DNA of 64,000 nucleotides from Saccostrea echinata (Eukaryota), in assembly GCF_033153115.1 (NCBI RefSeq), contig NW_026889803.1, positions 62,496,001 to 62,560,000 of the forward strand. The letters run 5' to 3'. A model generated the notes under the pieces. That model was not told the DNA's origin. It worked only from the letters and a program-made list of their open reading frames with translations, and searched no databases. Within the stretch, counting starts at the first letter, position 1; the number at the start of each line of letters is the position of its first letter. Both the position numbers and the translations under genes were made by a program. Below are positions 24,254 through 37,820 of the stretch, piece by piece.

Positions 24254-26239
24254 TTACATGTATTATTTTTCCAGGGGTGTCCCCTCCCCCCTAAATTTTC
24301 TCAAACATTATTTAAATGACGTCTTGAATATTATGCGTGGTACATGTAGGAACACATTGATGCTGTACATAGATAAATTTAATACTACTATGCATGATAA
24401 TCTAAAGAGAGAAATTACATGTTTTCAAGATAGATATAGGGTGGTTGACAGAGTGCGTGAACATTAAATTTACAGAGAGTGGTCAACAATGCTGTTTTGA
24501 TTCTGGGAATGAATTCGAACACATGGCTTTGTCGATCTTTAGGTATGTATGTAACAGACAAAGTAATTACTTACAGATATGCTTCTGGTTCAAGCGCGTG
24601 GCGTGGAAAGGTGATCCATTTTTAGATGTGTACGCATGTATCATGTTTATCGTTCATCAATCTCTTCTGTTGCATCCTCTTCGTTGCACATGCGCAATGG
24701 ACACCTGTGGCGATGATTTTGGCAAATATCTTTGATCTCCCACAAAAACATCTTTAAAATGGGGTGGATTTGATAATAATTTTATCTGAGAGCCGTAAGT
24801 ATTAATACGTTTAACCAAACTTTACTAATATCTGTCAGTTTCTTTAACCCTAATAGATCTTATCACTGCAAACCAGTAGACTCCATAGTTCCCTGTAATT
24901 AGCAGTATACGCCAGACGGTTCCCTCTGTAACTTCTGTATTTTGAGTTTTCTATAGGAGCAACACTACGTCCATACTTCTTTTGATAGATTTATGCGCCT
25001 GTAGATTGTGTCCAATGATTTCTTTGGGATTGGGAGTTTTTTCCTTAATCCACGTAATTTGTGATGGAGCAGACATTTGTTAAAACTCTACATCAATGTC
25101 ATCTGCAAAATATCTTAAATATCGAACGGACCATTGCCGCCCCATCTGTTTTCCTCATTTTCGAGTTTTCTAACAGGACCTGTCGAAGCACCTGCATGTC
25201 TGCCCAGCTTCAAATAAATCCCTGTGCTTCTTGCTTAAATATGAATTAAGACAGCCTTCCCCCATGCTAGCTTTACAAGGGCGTAAAGTCGAACCACAGT
25301 CGAGATAGGAGAAATTAACTTTATTTGATACCTCTCACGAACTTGAATACGTTCCATGCATGTGCCGACTAAGCATTTTTTTTTTTACTTACATATAATT
25401 ATTTTTTTAAAGTGTTTCTTGTATCAGATTAAAGTGAAACATTCTTCCGTTTTTTGTATTACAGTTTTATCCAACCTTCACGAAATATGACTCACTATCT
25501 AGAAATCTGCCTGTCGAGATAACTAAACACCCTTCATTCACCTCTCTTCAAATCAGAAAAAATGAACCTGTTACTATGACAATTGAATCTTTCTCCTCTC
25601 AAAATAGATTTGCACTTAAACCTGGAATTTCATGGCTGTTAACAAGATGCACTCTTTAAGCACCCTTTAAGACTATCTACATGTACATGACCTCTACGTT
25701 TCGCACATAGAATGCTATTAAGTTCGATATCAAATATACTAACTAATTCACAAAACAGAGGTCATTAATGAATAAAGTGATAATTGTTTCCCTTTTAGTA
25801 CAGAAAGTTAAATTTAAAGACCTCACAATAAAAAAATGTCTGAGGAATCGCAGAAATCCAATACAGATAGCCCGGTGCAGTCCTCCTGGTGAGTGACAGC
25901 TATTTAAATATGGCTCCTCCTTCAAACCGGTTCGCCTCTCCCCTTATCCTTTTTACCCCCTCAACTTATACTCTTTATACTGTATTATATACCCATGCCG
26001 TTTTTCATCACCTTTTTCTCCTTACCATCACTTACTCCGTACAAGGTATTTATATATGCTGCTATGCTGCCATTCAACCCATTTACTCATTACAACTATT
26101 TAGTAAGTCGAACAACATGAACAAGATTTCTACAAGTTTATATGAAATTGTATTACTTTTAATCAGTCATTATAAGTATACTTATTTATAACGACAGTGT
26201 CAGGATTTTATAACTGGAAAATATTTAGTTTGTGGTCCG

Positions 26240-26880
26240 ACAATATGCTTCCGATACCATATACTGTTCGACAGTCATACAAAAGTTATTCAGTCGTTGC
26301 ATTATGCTTCCGGTACTATAAAATGACCCATGTTTACTGTCCGACATATATTTAATATACCGAAGTAACACAGGTGTTACATGCTTCCGGTACTTATCCG
26401 CTTCCTGTCGAACAATATAGAAAGGCTGACCACCAGAAGGTGCCCTCAGAACTATAAAATAACCCCTGCTTACTGTTTGACAATCTGCCGGGACTATGAA
26501 ACGACCCCTGCTTATTGTCGGATACTAGTAATCTACTGGGACTATAAAACAACCGCTGCTTACTGTCCAATAATCTGCCGACACTAAAAAACGACCCCCT
26601 GCTTACTGTCCAATAATCTGTTGGCATTGTAAAACGACCCCTGCTTGCTGTCAAACAAGCTGTTGGCACTGTAAAACGACCCCTGCTTACTGTCCAACAA
26701 TCTGTCGGCATCATAGAAAGGACCCCCGCTTACTGTCCAACAATCTACCGGCACTATAAAATGACCCCTGCTTACTGTAACACAATGTACTAAAGTAAAC
26801 AGCCGTAATACATGCTACCGGTACTATAAAATAGACCCTCGTTTACTGTCCAGTAATATAACCATTACATGCTTCCACCA
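26240..26880. repeat. ~42-bp minisatellite
   Basis: Unit approximately CTATAAAACGACCCCTGCTTACTGTCCAACAATCTGTCGGCA; core 26450-26790 with degenerate flanks. Confidence 0.85.
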
Positions 26881-27144
26881 GTACATAATGAAATTTGTTA
26901 ACTGTTTGATAGCATACAAAAGTAACACAGACGTAACATATATGCTTCTGGGACTATATTATCCCTGTTTAAAATCGGTGTCCATAACGTACTACACTTG
27001 TATTCAATTTGATAAGTCTTGTTCGCTATTTTGAACTATATAATACCAACTGTTTGTCCTATAGGAACAAAATTATCCACTGATTGTTGTAAGGGTATTT
27101 GTAACTTCCAAGATTATGTACTATTCATCAATTAGTACTTTTGT

Positions 27145-28408
27145 TCGGCAGTGTTGTTTTTCACTCGACACTGTTGTCAAAAACATGTACTATTTGTCAC
27201 TCGGCACTGTTGTTCAGAACATGTACTATTTGTCACTCGACACAGTTGTTCAGAACATGTACTGTTTGTCACAAGACACTGTTGTTCAGAACATGTACTG
27301 TTTGTCACAGGACACTGTTGTTCAGAACATGAACTATTTGTCACAAGACACTGTTGTTCAGAACATGTACTGTTTGTCACAGGACACTGTTGTTCAGAAC
27401 ATGTACTGTTTGTCACCGGACACTGTTGTTCAGAACATGAACTATTTGTCACAAGACACTGTTGTTCAGAACATGTACTGTTTGTCACAGGACACTGTTG
27501 TTCAGAACATGAACTATTTGTCACAGGACACTGTTGTTCAGAACATGTACTGTTTGTCACAGGACACTGTTGTTCAGAACATGTACTGTTTGTCACTCGA
27601 CATTGTTTTTAGAACATGTACTATATGTCACTCGACACTGTTGTTCAGAACATGTACTATTTGTCACAAGACACTGTTGTTCAGAACATGTACTGTTTGT
27701 CACAGGACACTGTTGTTCAGAACATGTACTGTTTGTCACTCGGCACTGTTGTTTAGAACATGTACTTTTTGTCACTATACACGGTTGTTCAGAACATGTA
27801 CTGTTTGTCACTCGACATCGTTTTTAGAACATGTACTATTTGTTACAAGACAGGACGGTCTTTCAGAACATGTACTATTTGTCACAAGACACTGTTGTTC
27901 AGAACATGTACTGTTTGTCACTCGACATCGTTTTTAGAACATGTACTATATGTCACTCGACACTGTTGTTCAGAACATGTACTATTTGTCACTCGGCACT
28001 GTTGTTTAGAACATTTACTTTTTGTCACTATACACGGTTGTTCAGAACATGTACTGTTTGTCACTCGACATCGTTTTTAGAACATGTACTATTTGTCACA
28101 AGACAGGACGGTCTTTCAGAACATGTACTATTTGTCACAAGACACTGTTGTTCAGAACATTAACTATTTGTCACAAGACACTGTTGTTCAGAACATGTAC
28201 TGTTTGTAACAGGACACTGTTGTTCAGAATATGTACTATTTGTCACAAGACACTGTTGTTCAGAACATGTACTATTTGTCACAAGACACTGTTGTTCAGA
28301 ACATGTACTATTTGTCACAAGACACTGTTGTTCAGAACATGAACTATTTGTCACAGGACACTGTTGTTCAGAATATGTACTATTTGTCACAAGACACTGT
28401 TGTTCAGT
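27145..28408. repeat. 36-bp minisatellite (~35 units) with higher-order duplication
   Basis: Unit CAGAACATGTACTATTTGTCACAAGACACTGTTGTT; a variant block recurs ~253 bp apart. Confidence 0.95.
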
Positions 28409-28638
28409 TCAATTTGTATTTATTATTTATAATGAATTTTAATAAGTAGGAGAGCATGTACTAATGATTCACAATGAAAGTAAGATAATTTTCAAAAGTT
28501 AAAAAAAATAATGAAGAATATAATTATCCAAATAATAAGTTTTAGTAAGCTTATAAGCTTAAAATTTTTTCAAGCTTACAGGTTAAAAAAAAATTGTACT
28601 GACTAAAATGGTGTAGTGCTTCACCAGTAATATAAGAG

Positions 28639-28802
28639 GTCTGAGTACCTCTCATGCATACATCTGAATTAGTTCCATCTTGTTCCATATTTCCCCCCTC
28701 CTCTGTAAGGTGCTAGTGCACCAGTATTACCATGGGTCTGAGTACCCCTCATGCATACATCTGAATTAGTTCCATCTTGTCTTACATTCTCCTCTGTAAG
28801 GT
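28639..28802. repeat. ~96-bp direct duplication
   Basis: GGTCTGAGTACC(T/C)CTCATGCATACATCTGAATTAGTTCCATCTTGT...CCTCTGTAAGG occurs twice. Confidence 0.8.
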
Positions 28803-29565
28803 TAGTAGCACCGTGTATATCTCTCGACTGGTGACTTTGGTCATTCTCTCGGAGGCGGACTGTATTTGATATTAACCCTGTTACCTTTGGCAGTTTATGA
28901 TTGTAGAGGCAGCAGGTGACTGGGATATGGTTGTTTATCTCCCCAAGTACTGAATCACGCAGTATGAAGTGTGAGTACTTCGTGGTTGAACTCTTTAGAA
29001 AAGAAAACTTTTTGTTTTATGTAATATTTTAAAGCTCCACAACATTTAAATGTTTATTTTCAAAGATTATAAACTTGTGCGTATCTGAACATCCAAACAG
29101 TATTATTTTAACCAATAAGTATATATAATTAAACGATCAATTACAAAATTTACAACAGAATATGCAAGTCTGTGCGTTTTACAAACAAGTTGCAGATGCA
29201 GTGCTCATTGATATGAATTGGAAAATATCTACTATGCCTCAGCTTCTAAACATAACCATATGTTATGACTGGTAGACAATGAATAAAGGTGACAATAATT
29301 GTAGCTAGCCCGGAATTGTGGCATCTTGCACATGTGTATACCTGTTTATATTATGCAAATGAATGAATATAATTACGGACAAGATTTGATAGACGGAATC
29401 CAGAGATAAGGATTTTTTTATTTTATGACCCACTGAGAGCCAGTTCCCGAGACCGAACGCATAAGTAGTGAAGATAGCTCACTTGTGTATTCCTCCTAGC
29501 TGAGTTCCTATCGTGAAACATCTGCTGTTTTGCAGCTAGCAATTCTATGTCTGTTCACTGTTCAA

Positions 29566-29606
29566 CCGCCATTTTGTTCAAATCTTTCACCATCCAAAAT
29601 GGCGGC
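29566..29606. promoter_or_regulatory. Pair of inverted YY1-type motifs upstream of the TRIM gene first coding exon
   Basis: CCGCCATTTTG (29566-29576) and CAAAATGGCGGC (29595-29606), ~150 bp before ATG 29749. Confidence 0.5.
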
Positions 29607-29748
29607 GGGTAGCTGAATCACATTTGCACTGATGGGTTTCTTTGGCGCTTTGTTATTACGATAGCAGGTCTTTGTTGGATTTTCGAGCTCTTTGAAGTTT
29701 CCTTTCACATTAACGGTTATCTATCGTTGTTGCCTCTCTAAGTCTGGT

Positions 29749-32700
29749 ATGGACGATTCGGCTGTTATTGAGAAGCTCGGAAAGAAAAGGTTAGTGATTT
29801 TTTACTCGACCATGTGGCGCCTTGTTTAATGACCCTGTTTTCTCTGCAACTGGGTTTCAGAATTCGTCAAAATTACCTTCATTAAAGTATTTAATCCATT
29901 TTAAGTACAATGATATGTAAGGTTCTTTATTTGAGATCACCGAAATATAAAAGTTAGTTTGGTTACGACACGAAGGAAATTTTATTTTAAAATATAAAGA
30001 CTGGAAAAAAACCTATTTAAAAACTATTGAAGTGTGGCTGCCAAATCGCAGTCATGTATTCTATTTCAATAAGTTTATGCATTTTCTGCCCTGTTATCAT
30101 ATCTCTATTTGTGCCTGGGTTGTTTTACCTCAGTTGGTTACCAAGGCGTTTTGATAAAATTTCTCTGTAACATTTTGTTCTGGATACAAGGTGCGAAGTT
30201 TCACAAAGGGAAATTTTACAAGAATGTCTTTTCTTGGCATATTAAGGTATTTATGTAGAGCTTCACTAAGTGACAGCATTATTCAAGGCATTGCCTAGTG
30301 ATACATACGAGGATAGTTTTAGATATATTTTTCTTCCACCCACAGTTTATTTTACGTCTTTTTTAGATTTAGTTTATTTTCTTGGCATTTCTGGGTTATG
30401 ACGTGAGCATCATTAGTCATCTCGCTTTGTCGAAAGCACACTCCATTTCTTCATCTTTTCTGTTGATTTCACATTCATACAATATTCTAAGCCACTTAAG
30501 CTAAAACTTTAGGCACTCTCCGTACAACCATGCACATAATTTTATTTTCTGACCAGAAAGTTGTTATCGTGTGTATATACACTGCTTAAATTGAATCAAG
30601 ATATGTATCTAATGTAGATGAAAAGATTATCTTTTTCCCGCCGCTGCTTCAGCGGTGGATGATTAACAGTGTTATGTCATTAAGGAATTTTGTGGGTAGG
30701 ATTGCCTTGATTATAAGAATACTGAATGCTTCGTGTTCAGTATAACTGTTTTAGCTTGTTCTTATTGTTCACGAGCAATTGAAATATCTGTGGTTTTGGA
30801 ATTCTTTTGATCATTGCATTTCTAGGTAAGGGCTTATAATTGTCTTTCATGTTTTATTTCTTTTTTACTAACTATTAGGACTTGAAACGGGAACTTAGTA
30901 ACTCATTTCGTGAACAAAATATTTCCACAGTAAATTATCACAGACTCCATGCTTTAATAACTCATATTCTGTCTTACGGTTTACTTTTGTCGGAATTCCT
31001 CTGTTATAAGTATGACCGAAATAGAAACAATAAGTTATTATTACCAGGTGTTATGGTAATAACTGTAAGACCTGCAGGTCTTTCGTTCGTGCAGACAAAA
31101 CTCTTTCTGAATGAATTTTTCTTTCAGTAAGATTTCAGTTTATTCGAGTCGTTTTCCTCTTATGTGATATATGACATAGAACACGACTGTGACGTAAGCA
31201 CAGGAGATAACCCCCTGCTGATATTTAGATAATTGCCACGCTCTCAGCTGCTAGTTTTACACTCACGTGTTCGTAATGACCACATTGTGGAGATTAATGA
31301 TAATCCTGTGTTAATTAATGATAGAATATTGCCTGATTGGTCTTTTTTTTCTATGATATTTTTTTATTTGTAATAATATGTTTAGAAACAAAAAGGCTAC
31401 CGACTGGAAGATAACATTACACGCACCGTTTATAAAAAAGCTCATCCTATCTTGAAGAAAATAAGATCTGATGTTATATGCAATATCCACTTCTCTTTTT
31501 CTCTCTTTACCCCCTTATAACCAATTCATAATACTATTTAACCAACTTATTTAATATTATCAATATTTCGTAGTAGGGAATGAGTGGGTATAAGTCTAGA
31601 TATACAAAAACATGATGTTCATCTATGAGTGTATTTTGTTTGTAATTTACTATAGAAAAATGAAAGTTATAAAAGAGAACAGAAGTTAAAATGTGCAAAA
31701 GCATGATCTTCAACTACGTCTGTATTATTTGGAAAATATATGAAAACGGAATTTGTGTCGCAAATACACCGCAACATTTAAAATTTAATCATACATTTGT
31801 ACAAAACTATTAACAAGAATTTTATTCCAACAGAAACATATTGCTTCCGGTTGCTATTTGTAGTTACAAGCAGACGATTAATTATCATGCAGGCAGATGC
31901 CTTTATAAGACTTCTTGATTAACGATGCTCAACATGCTTCAACTAGCCTGGATTAACAAATATATAGCTGGAGTACACTTTCTTTCAAATAGCCATCCGA
32001 GCAAATTTATCGTTTTATTGTGTGTGAGAGAGAGAAAGATAGAGAGACCTTATATCCATTGATTTCATTATGCTTATAGATACTTCATTATGCTTACAGA
32101 TACTTGTACAATCAAGAAGTCCTGTGTTGGCTTAATTGTTTCATAAACGTACACATTATAATTAACCCCGTAATCGGCCGCCTAAATGCTGTGGCTCGTG
32201 TCAATGTTATATTGACACTACCTGAAAACTTTTGAATAGTCTCACAGGTGCCATGTCTTGCATGTCAGTGGTTGCGTAAAATGAAAAGAATGTTTCGTAT
32301 TTCTCCAAAGAGTTAGCCTGTGATATTGAACAAAGCATTGCTCTTTTAATTTTAATTTTCTAAAAGGTATGGTTTCGAATCGGTATATGTAAAAGGAAAA
32401 GAGATCACATCTCTTTGACATATAACTATGCCAATACGTAAATAGTTTAATTTAAATATACGTTGCATTGAAAATTGATTGACGGATTCTAAAATGCTCT
32501 TATACAATATGTCTGATACATAATATCTTTGGATATGCAGGAGGATCTATATACATATGCAAATTTCTTTACTAAAAATTAAAGTGTCCTTTCCTTTTTT
32601 CTGCAGGTATCGTCGAAGACAAGAAAGAGAGCGCTACCACACTACCGCCATTGACATTAACCAAATAAACGCCGCCGCAATGTCCGCCTCGACCACCACC

Positions 32701-34347
32701 ACCGCCACCACTTCAACTTCCACCCCCGGGGGTAACAAGCTTGCGCAGGAAATTAACGACGAATTTCTTACATGCAAGATTTGTTTGGAATGCTACAAGA
32801 ACCCAAAATGCCTCGACTGTCTGCATACTTTCTGCGAACAGTGCATCGATAACCATATCATGAATGAATGCACCTATAAGAAGTATAGCGACTACCGAGA
32901 ATTTACATGTCCACTATGTCGCAAAAGAACACAACTACCACTAGGTGGCGTCAAGAAACTTCCGGACAACTTCCTTGTTTCGAGTTTGTCAGAGCTTGTT
33001 CAGCGACAAAGACCTTCCAAATTTCCATTCTGTGACATCTGCAAGCTTGTCAACAGAAAGCACAGAGAAGCGACTTCAAAATGTTTAGATTGCAACAAGC
33101 TACTCTGTAAACAATGTGTAGAAATGCACAAAGAAACGAAAGTCACGAAAAATCACAGCATTTTTGATGTAGAGATTGAAAAAGATATTGAATGCAAAGA
33201 ACATTCGGAGGAGGTTGTTCGTTTTTACTGCGAACCTTGCGAGGCTTGCATCTGTGTTCTCTGTACGTTCAATGAACATAAGGATCACGAAATCACTCAG
33301 TTTTCGGAGGCAGTTGTTAAGTACAAGGAGAATATTCAGTATCTTCTCGACGACTGCAAGGAAAAAATTGCTACATACGACACTCAGCTAGAAGCTTTGT
33401 CTAAATGTGAAACCGTCATTCGTAGTACGGAACAAAAGGTTAGAGACACCGCTATCCAATTCATTGCTGATATTCGAACGAAGGAAAAGAAATTGATCGA
33501 TGATTTACACGAGATCTATGGATCAGACGTCATGGATTATGTCTCAAAAAGAAACGATATGCAGACAAATGTGGATAGCTTAAAGAGCACGTGTAGTCTA
33601 ACTGAATTGGTTTTAAGAGGCAAAGACATAGAACTTTTGCTTCTCAAAAAGCAAGTTCAAGAAAAATTGTCTGGATTATCAGAGATTGAATTGCGAGAAT
33701 TGCCAAAAACTGTGGAGAAGAATATCATATTTATTCCAGGAGGGTTAGACATGGGAAGCTTAGAAGACGCAGATAACTCACAGCAAGGGAAAATTCGCAA
33801 CCAGAGAACGTTTGCAAGTATAGGATCACAAAGAAATGTCCCCGCCGATCCTCCAAAATTTTACCGTACATTTTCGACACAAACGGAAGACGTTTCGGAT
33901 CCAGAGAAGCCTACTTTCGTAGAGATATATGTACAAACGGATGTTTTCGGAGCTGGAACCAATGGCGAGACTACTGACAAGTCAGTAGAGACGGACAAAG
34001 TCGATTTTCAAGACAAAGGGGTCAACACACGATCACGCAGCTTACAGAGTGTATCTGGGATACAGCCAATTCCAAGATCGTCCTCACGTGACGAGAATAA
34101 CGCCAATGGCGAGACGAACTCCCATGGAGAACCAATGTCTCCTACTACTGCAAGAAGACATAGAAGGCGTCGCGAACGTCCAAAAATCGAAGTCTCTTCC
34201 CGACCGACCACTAACCGACCGTCGACACAAGGGGTGATGGTAATGAACTCAGGCGGCGGAGGAGGAGGAGCATGCCCAGTTCTAACCTACAGTAGTAGCA
34301 TCGACGAGAATTACTTTAGTCCAGAGGGCAGTATCACGTCTCCATGA
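29749..34347 (+). CDS. TRIM-family E3 ligase (RING-Bbox1-Bbox2-coiled coil; TRIM56/TRIM2/3/45-like N-terminus, disordered tail); join(29749-29789,32607-34347), ~593 aa
   Basis: RING CKIC..PKCLDCLHTFCEQC..CPLCR; B-box1 CDIC..CLDC..LCKQC..H..H; B-box2 CKEH..FYCEPC..ICVLC..HKDH; then a coiled coil. Upstream exon MDDSAVIEKLGKK-ag|GT joins CAG|G in phase 2. The first exon is less certain than the main exon. Confidence 0.88.
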
Positions 34348-35404
34348 TAAAGGCTTCGCCTAGAGTAGTTTTTATTATGTTTTAGTGTTCTAAGCATCGT
34401 TGATAGAAGAGGAGCCAAGGGAATACTTTCAGATTTTCGTAAATTATGTTGTTGTTTAATAGAGTAACAATGTATGTAGCGCCTGAACGTACAGTCATAT
34501 TTATATAAGCATAGTAGATCGGCATTGACAAATACTCATTTAGTACTCTGACAAAATGTACCCTAGACATAGCACAATGCTAGTAGTTTTTCCATTTGAC
34601 TGCAGGCCAATGTTCTCTCCGTGTAAAACTTGTGCCAAACCATACACCGATTCCTGTCCATACAAACAACAAAGGGGATGAATAGAACCGTTCTCCATCC
34701 AGTGTGTTTTGTTACAACCTTGAAAATTAGTTCAATATCTTCCAATGTATATTTGTACACAGCTATGCAAATTTTCATCCAAAGTTTATTTTGAAGGAAA
34801 GAGTTTAAATTGTTATTTTAATAGATGTGATATTTTAGATAATATATTCCATATATTTATGATATATTTTATATTCATCTGCCTCTGTCGTGACCAGTAT
34901 ATGGATTGTCACGTGATCAATATCGTCTGCTTTAAGACTCGTCATACAGATGATATATTTACAAAAATCATCAAAGAATTAGTTGTCAAAACTGTAATTT
35001 TAAATCATTTTAGTTCTATAAGAAAGTAGTTAAAGACAGACGATGTTGGCAAATTAATCTTTGGTATTATAGAAAGAACGCTCCATTGTGGACTCTTTTA
35101 TTTAAACAAATAGGGTTAGTGTGTACTTAGCAACATAGCTTTTACCACTTTTATGATACACATTTAGATGTTAACTTGTTAGAAACTGTTCACAATAAAC
35201 TTATCTGTGATAGTGCTTTACTTATTAATGGCTCTCCTGGGCTTCAAAGAATTTTCCTCGTCGTCGGAGTGTCCTCTGTATCCTAACTTTCTTCAGAACT
35301 TCAGGCCAGTTTTAACCAAACCTGACAAAAAACAAAATTTGGTAGCAATAATTAAACTCTCTTCAAACAATTGGGCATGTCTTATGTTAAGGGAAAGTAA
35401 TGAA

Positions 35405-35600
35405 AAAGGGTGAAGATAACCAAAAGTAATCGGTCTCAGAAAAAATCTACAAAAAGTACAAATCTGAGACCAGGGCATAAACACGGACCCCTGGAAATTC
35501 CAGAGGTGGGATCAGGTGCCTAGGAGAAGTAAGCATCCCTCGTTGACAGGTCACACCAGCCTTGAACCTTTGTATTGATTAGGTAAACTGAACATTAAGA
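35405..35600 (-). mobile_element. Penelope-like 3' end fragment
   Basis: AGAGGTGGGATCAGGTGCCTAGGAGAAGTAAGCATCCC..GGTCACACC motif and tail. Confidence 0.75.
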
Positions 35601-37484
35601 CATATAGCGAAAATAGTTTTATTTTTAAAATCACATAAACAAATCATGACCCCATGCAGAAAAAAAAATATTTGAAGTTTTCTATACAAACATTTTCATG
35701 TAGTGGAAATAACGATAAAAAAAAAGAATGGTTGGTCGGGCAGAAAGGAGTTCAAAGTTTTATATATAAACAAACAGGAAAAAATCTTACAGAAAATTAT
35801 CTACATCCTACAAATTATCAAATGTAGGTATCTTAAATAGTGAAGATGGGATTTCAATATCCTTTACACGTTGGGCCACAGGTTCTAAATTTTATGTAGG
35901 AATATTTTTGTTATTCTTTTTTAATCAAAACTATTATCTCCCTCTCAAGATAAACAAAATAGCACATATGTTCAACAGTATAATATCAGGTCTGTGCAAG
36001 TAAGTGTAATTTCAGCATCCCCCACTCCAGAGTCAAAATTGTCTAAGCACGAATATTAAGAATTGTCAATCTATTTAGGCACCTGTCCCTCCCTCATTCA
36101 AAGTCTAACAAATAATTGTATTTAAAATATTTTTTCCAAGTTCATATCCGATACTACACAGAGTGAAGACAACTATTCCTTCTTTAAATCAGAAAAAAAG
36201 AAATATGTTAAAAATCTTAAGGGTTTTAAAATATTAGTTTACGGAGAAACTACGTTCATAAAATGGAATTTTGATATCGTATCTCTGAATATATGAATAA
36301 AACGAAAAATTTTCGGAGACGTCTCCCCTCCCCCAAGAGTCAAGACCTCCAGTTAATGTCCAACAAAGCAGGTCAGTGGCAGATTTTTGCGGGGGCACAC
36401 CCCAACAACCCATTAAGAAAGTCTTGATAAAACTCACATTAAATTTTTGTGAGCTCTATTGTCATTTAAACTTGTAAAAGTTTGCGCCCCATTCTTAACA
36501 GTTAAATCACGAATCCTCCGCTTGATGTTTTAACATCTATTAATAATATTGAAGAAACTTATACGTTAGAAATACTTTATCGCATGATAAGGAAGATTAT
36601 CTACTGAAAGATAATTTTATAACGAAAAACAGATGTGGTCTCCTTCGGAACATGTGTTATTATTACTCTAGATAAAAAATAACATTACTGATTTATTGAA
36701 ATATTAAATCTCTTTCAATATCAGGGCTTGAGAGATTTTTTAAAATGACATAAATGAAAAATTTTACTGTTTGAATATTTTTTAAATATTACTGAAATGT
36801 ATGTTGTAACTTAGTATTAAACAAGATTCAACTATCAAAACTGGAATTCCTTGATTCCTACAAGAACAACCCTCAATGAGGTAAACTTTGCTGTAAATCC
36901 TATTTCAACATTTCAACAGTCCAGCTGGAGACATCATTTCTGGTGATGTGGTACCGGTATACCACAAAATCATTTTTATGTCACTGAGGTCAATCTGATG
37001 TCATATTGCTATGCTACGCACTGCTATTCTTTTCTGTCACTGTTCATTGTCGATTGTAAACTTTTGAACATTTTCAGTTTCCACTCTGAATTTACTGAAC
37101 CAATATCAACTAATTTTTGTATATAAAGCATCTAAGGACAAAGGCAGACAAATTTTATGGCCCTTGCTCCTGAAGGGTGGGACCAAAACCATCAAAATTA
37201 TTGCAATAAATGAAGGAATACGTTGTTTAACATCAAAGACAACTGCTTCCTCAATAAAAACGGAACTCAGAAATTTCCATATCTTCTGATTGGTTATCTA
37301 TAAAATTACTTTGTTAAAAATCACTCTGCTTCTACACACAAGTACTCTGAAGTTGATATCAAAAGGATGCTGGAGTTCTCACTGACTACATTAATGAAGT
37401 ATTCGGAGACCAGGTCTTCCAACAAATTGTTGGAATTTCGATGGGCAATAATTATGCTCCTTTATTAGCCGACCTGCTTTTATT

Positions 37485-37820
37485 TAAGGAATAACTGTCT
37501 ATTTTTATTTTTGGTTTTATGGTGTGATCAAGTGATTGGCTTGCGTGATAATTTGCATAAACGCCGAAGGTGTTTATGCATAAAATAACCAAGCAAGCCA
37601 ATCGCTTATCATCATCATAGAACAAAAAACTGACAGTTATTCCTTATATTTACATGATTCCGTTCACGTGCTCGATCCTAACCCCGCCCAATTCTCTTTC
37701 TCGCTCCGCCCGTGATTTTTTTTACAACGCCTATCGATTAACTAAGAGCCTTATGAAGAAGTAAAGGTTTTAATGATCTGTAGTTTTATCTCGGACAAAG
37801 AAATTTGAAATGTAAATATA
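37485..37820. mobile_element. ~335-bp hairpin element with an internal complement of its end-start junction
   Basis: Interrupts the RT codons L|YSYE. It starts TAAGGAATAACTGTC, ends TGTAAATATA and has internal GACAGTTATTCCTTATATTTACA at 37632-37654. Confidence 0.8.

Noticed and set aside
26240-28408. CRISPR-like appearance of the regular repeats
   Set aside because: Units are head-to-tail with no unique spacers, there are no cas genes and the context is eukaryotic.
27116-28449. Many Cys/His-rich ORFs in several frames (CTICH, RHCCSEH, CSEQQC repeats)
   Set aside because: These are translations of a 36-bp minisatellite that lacks stops in most frames; frames shift at unit indels and there is no splice or codon evidence.
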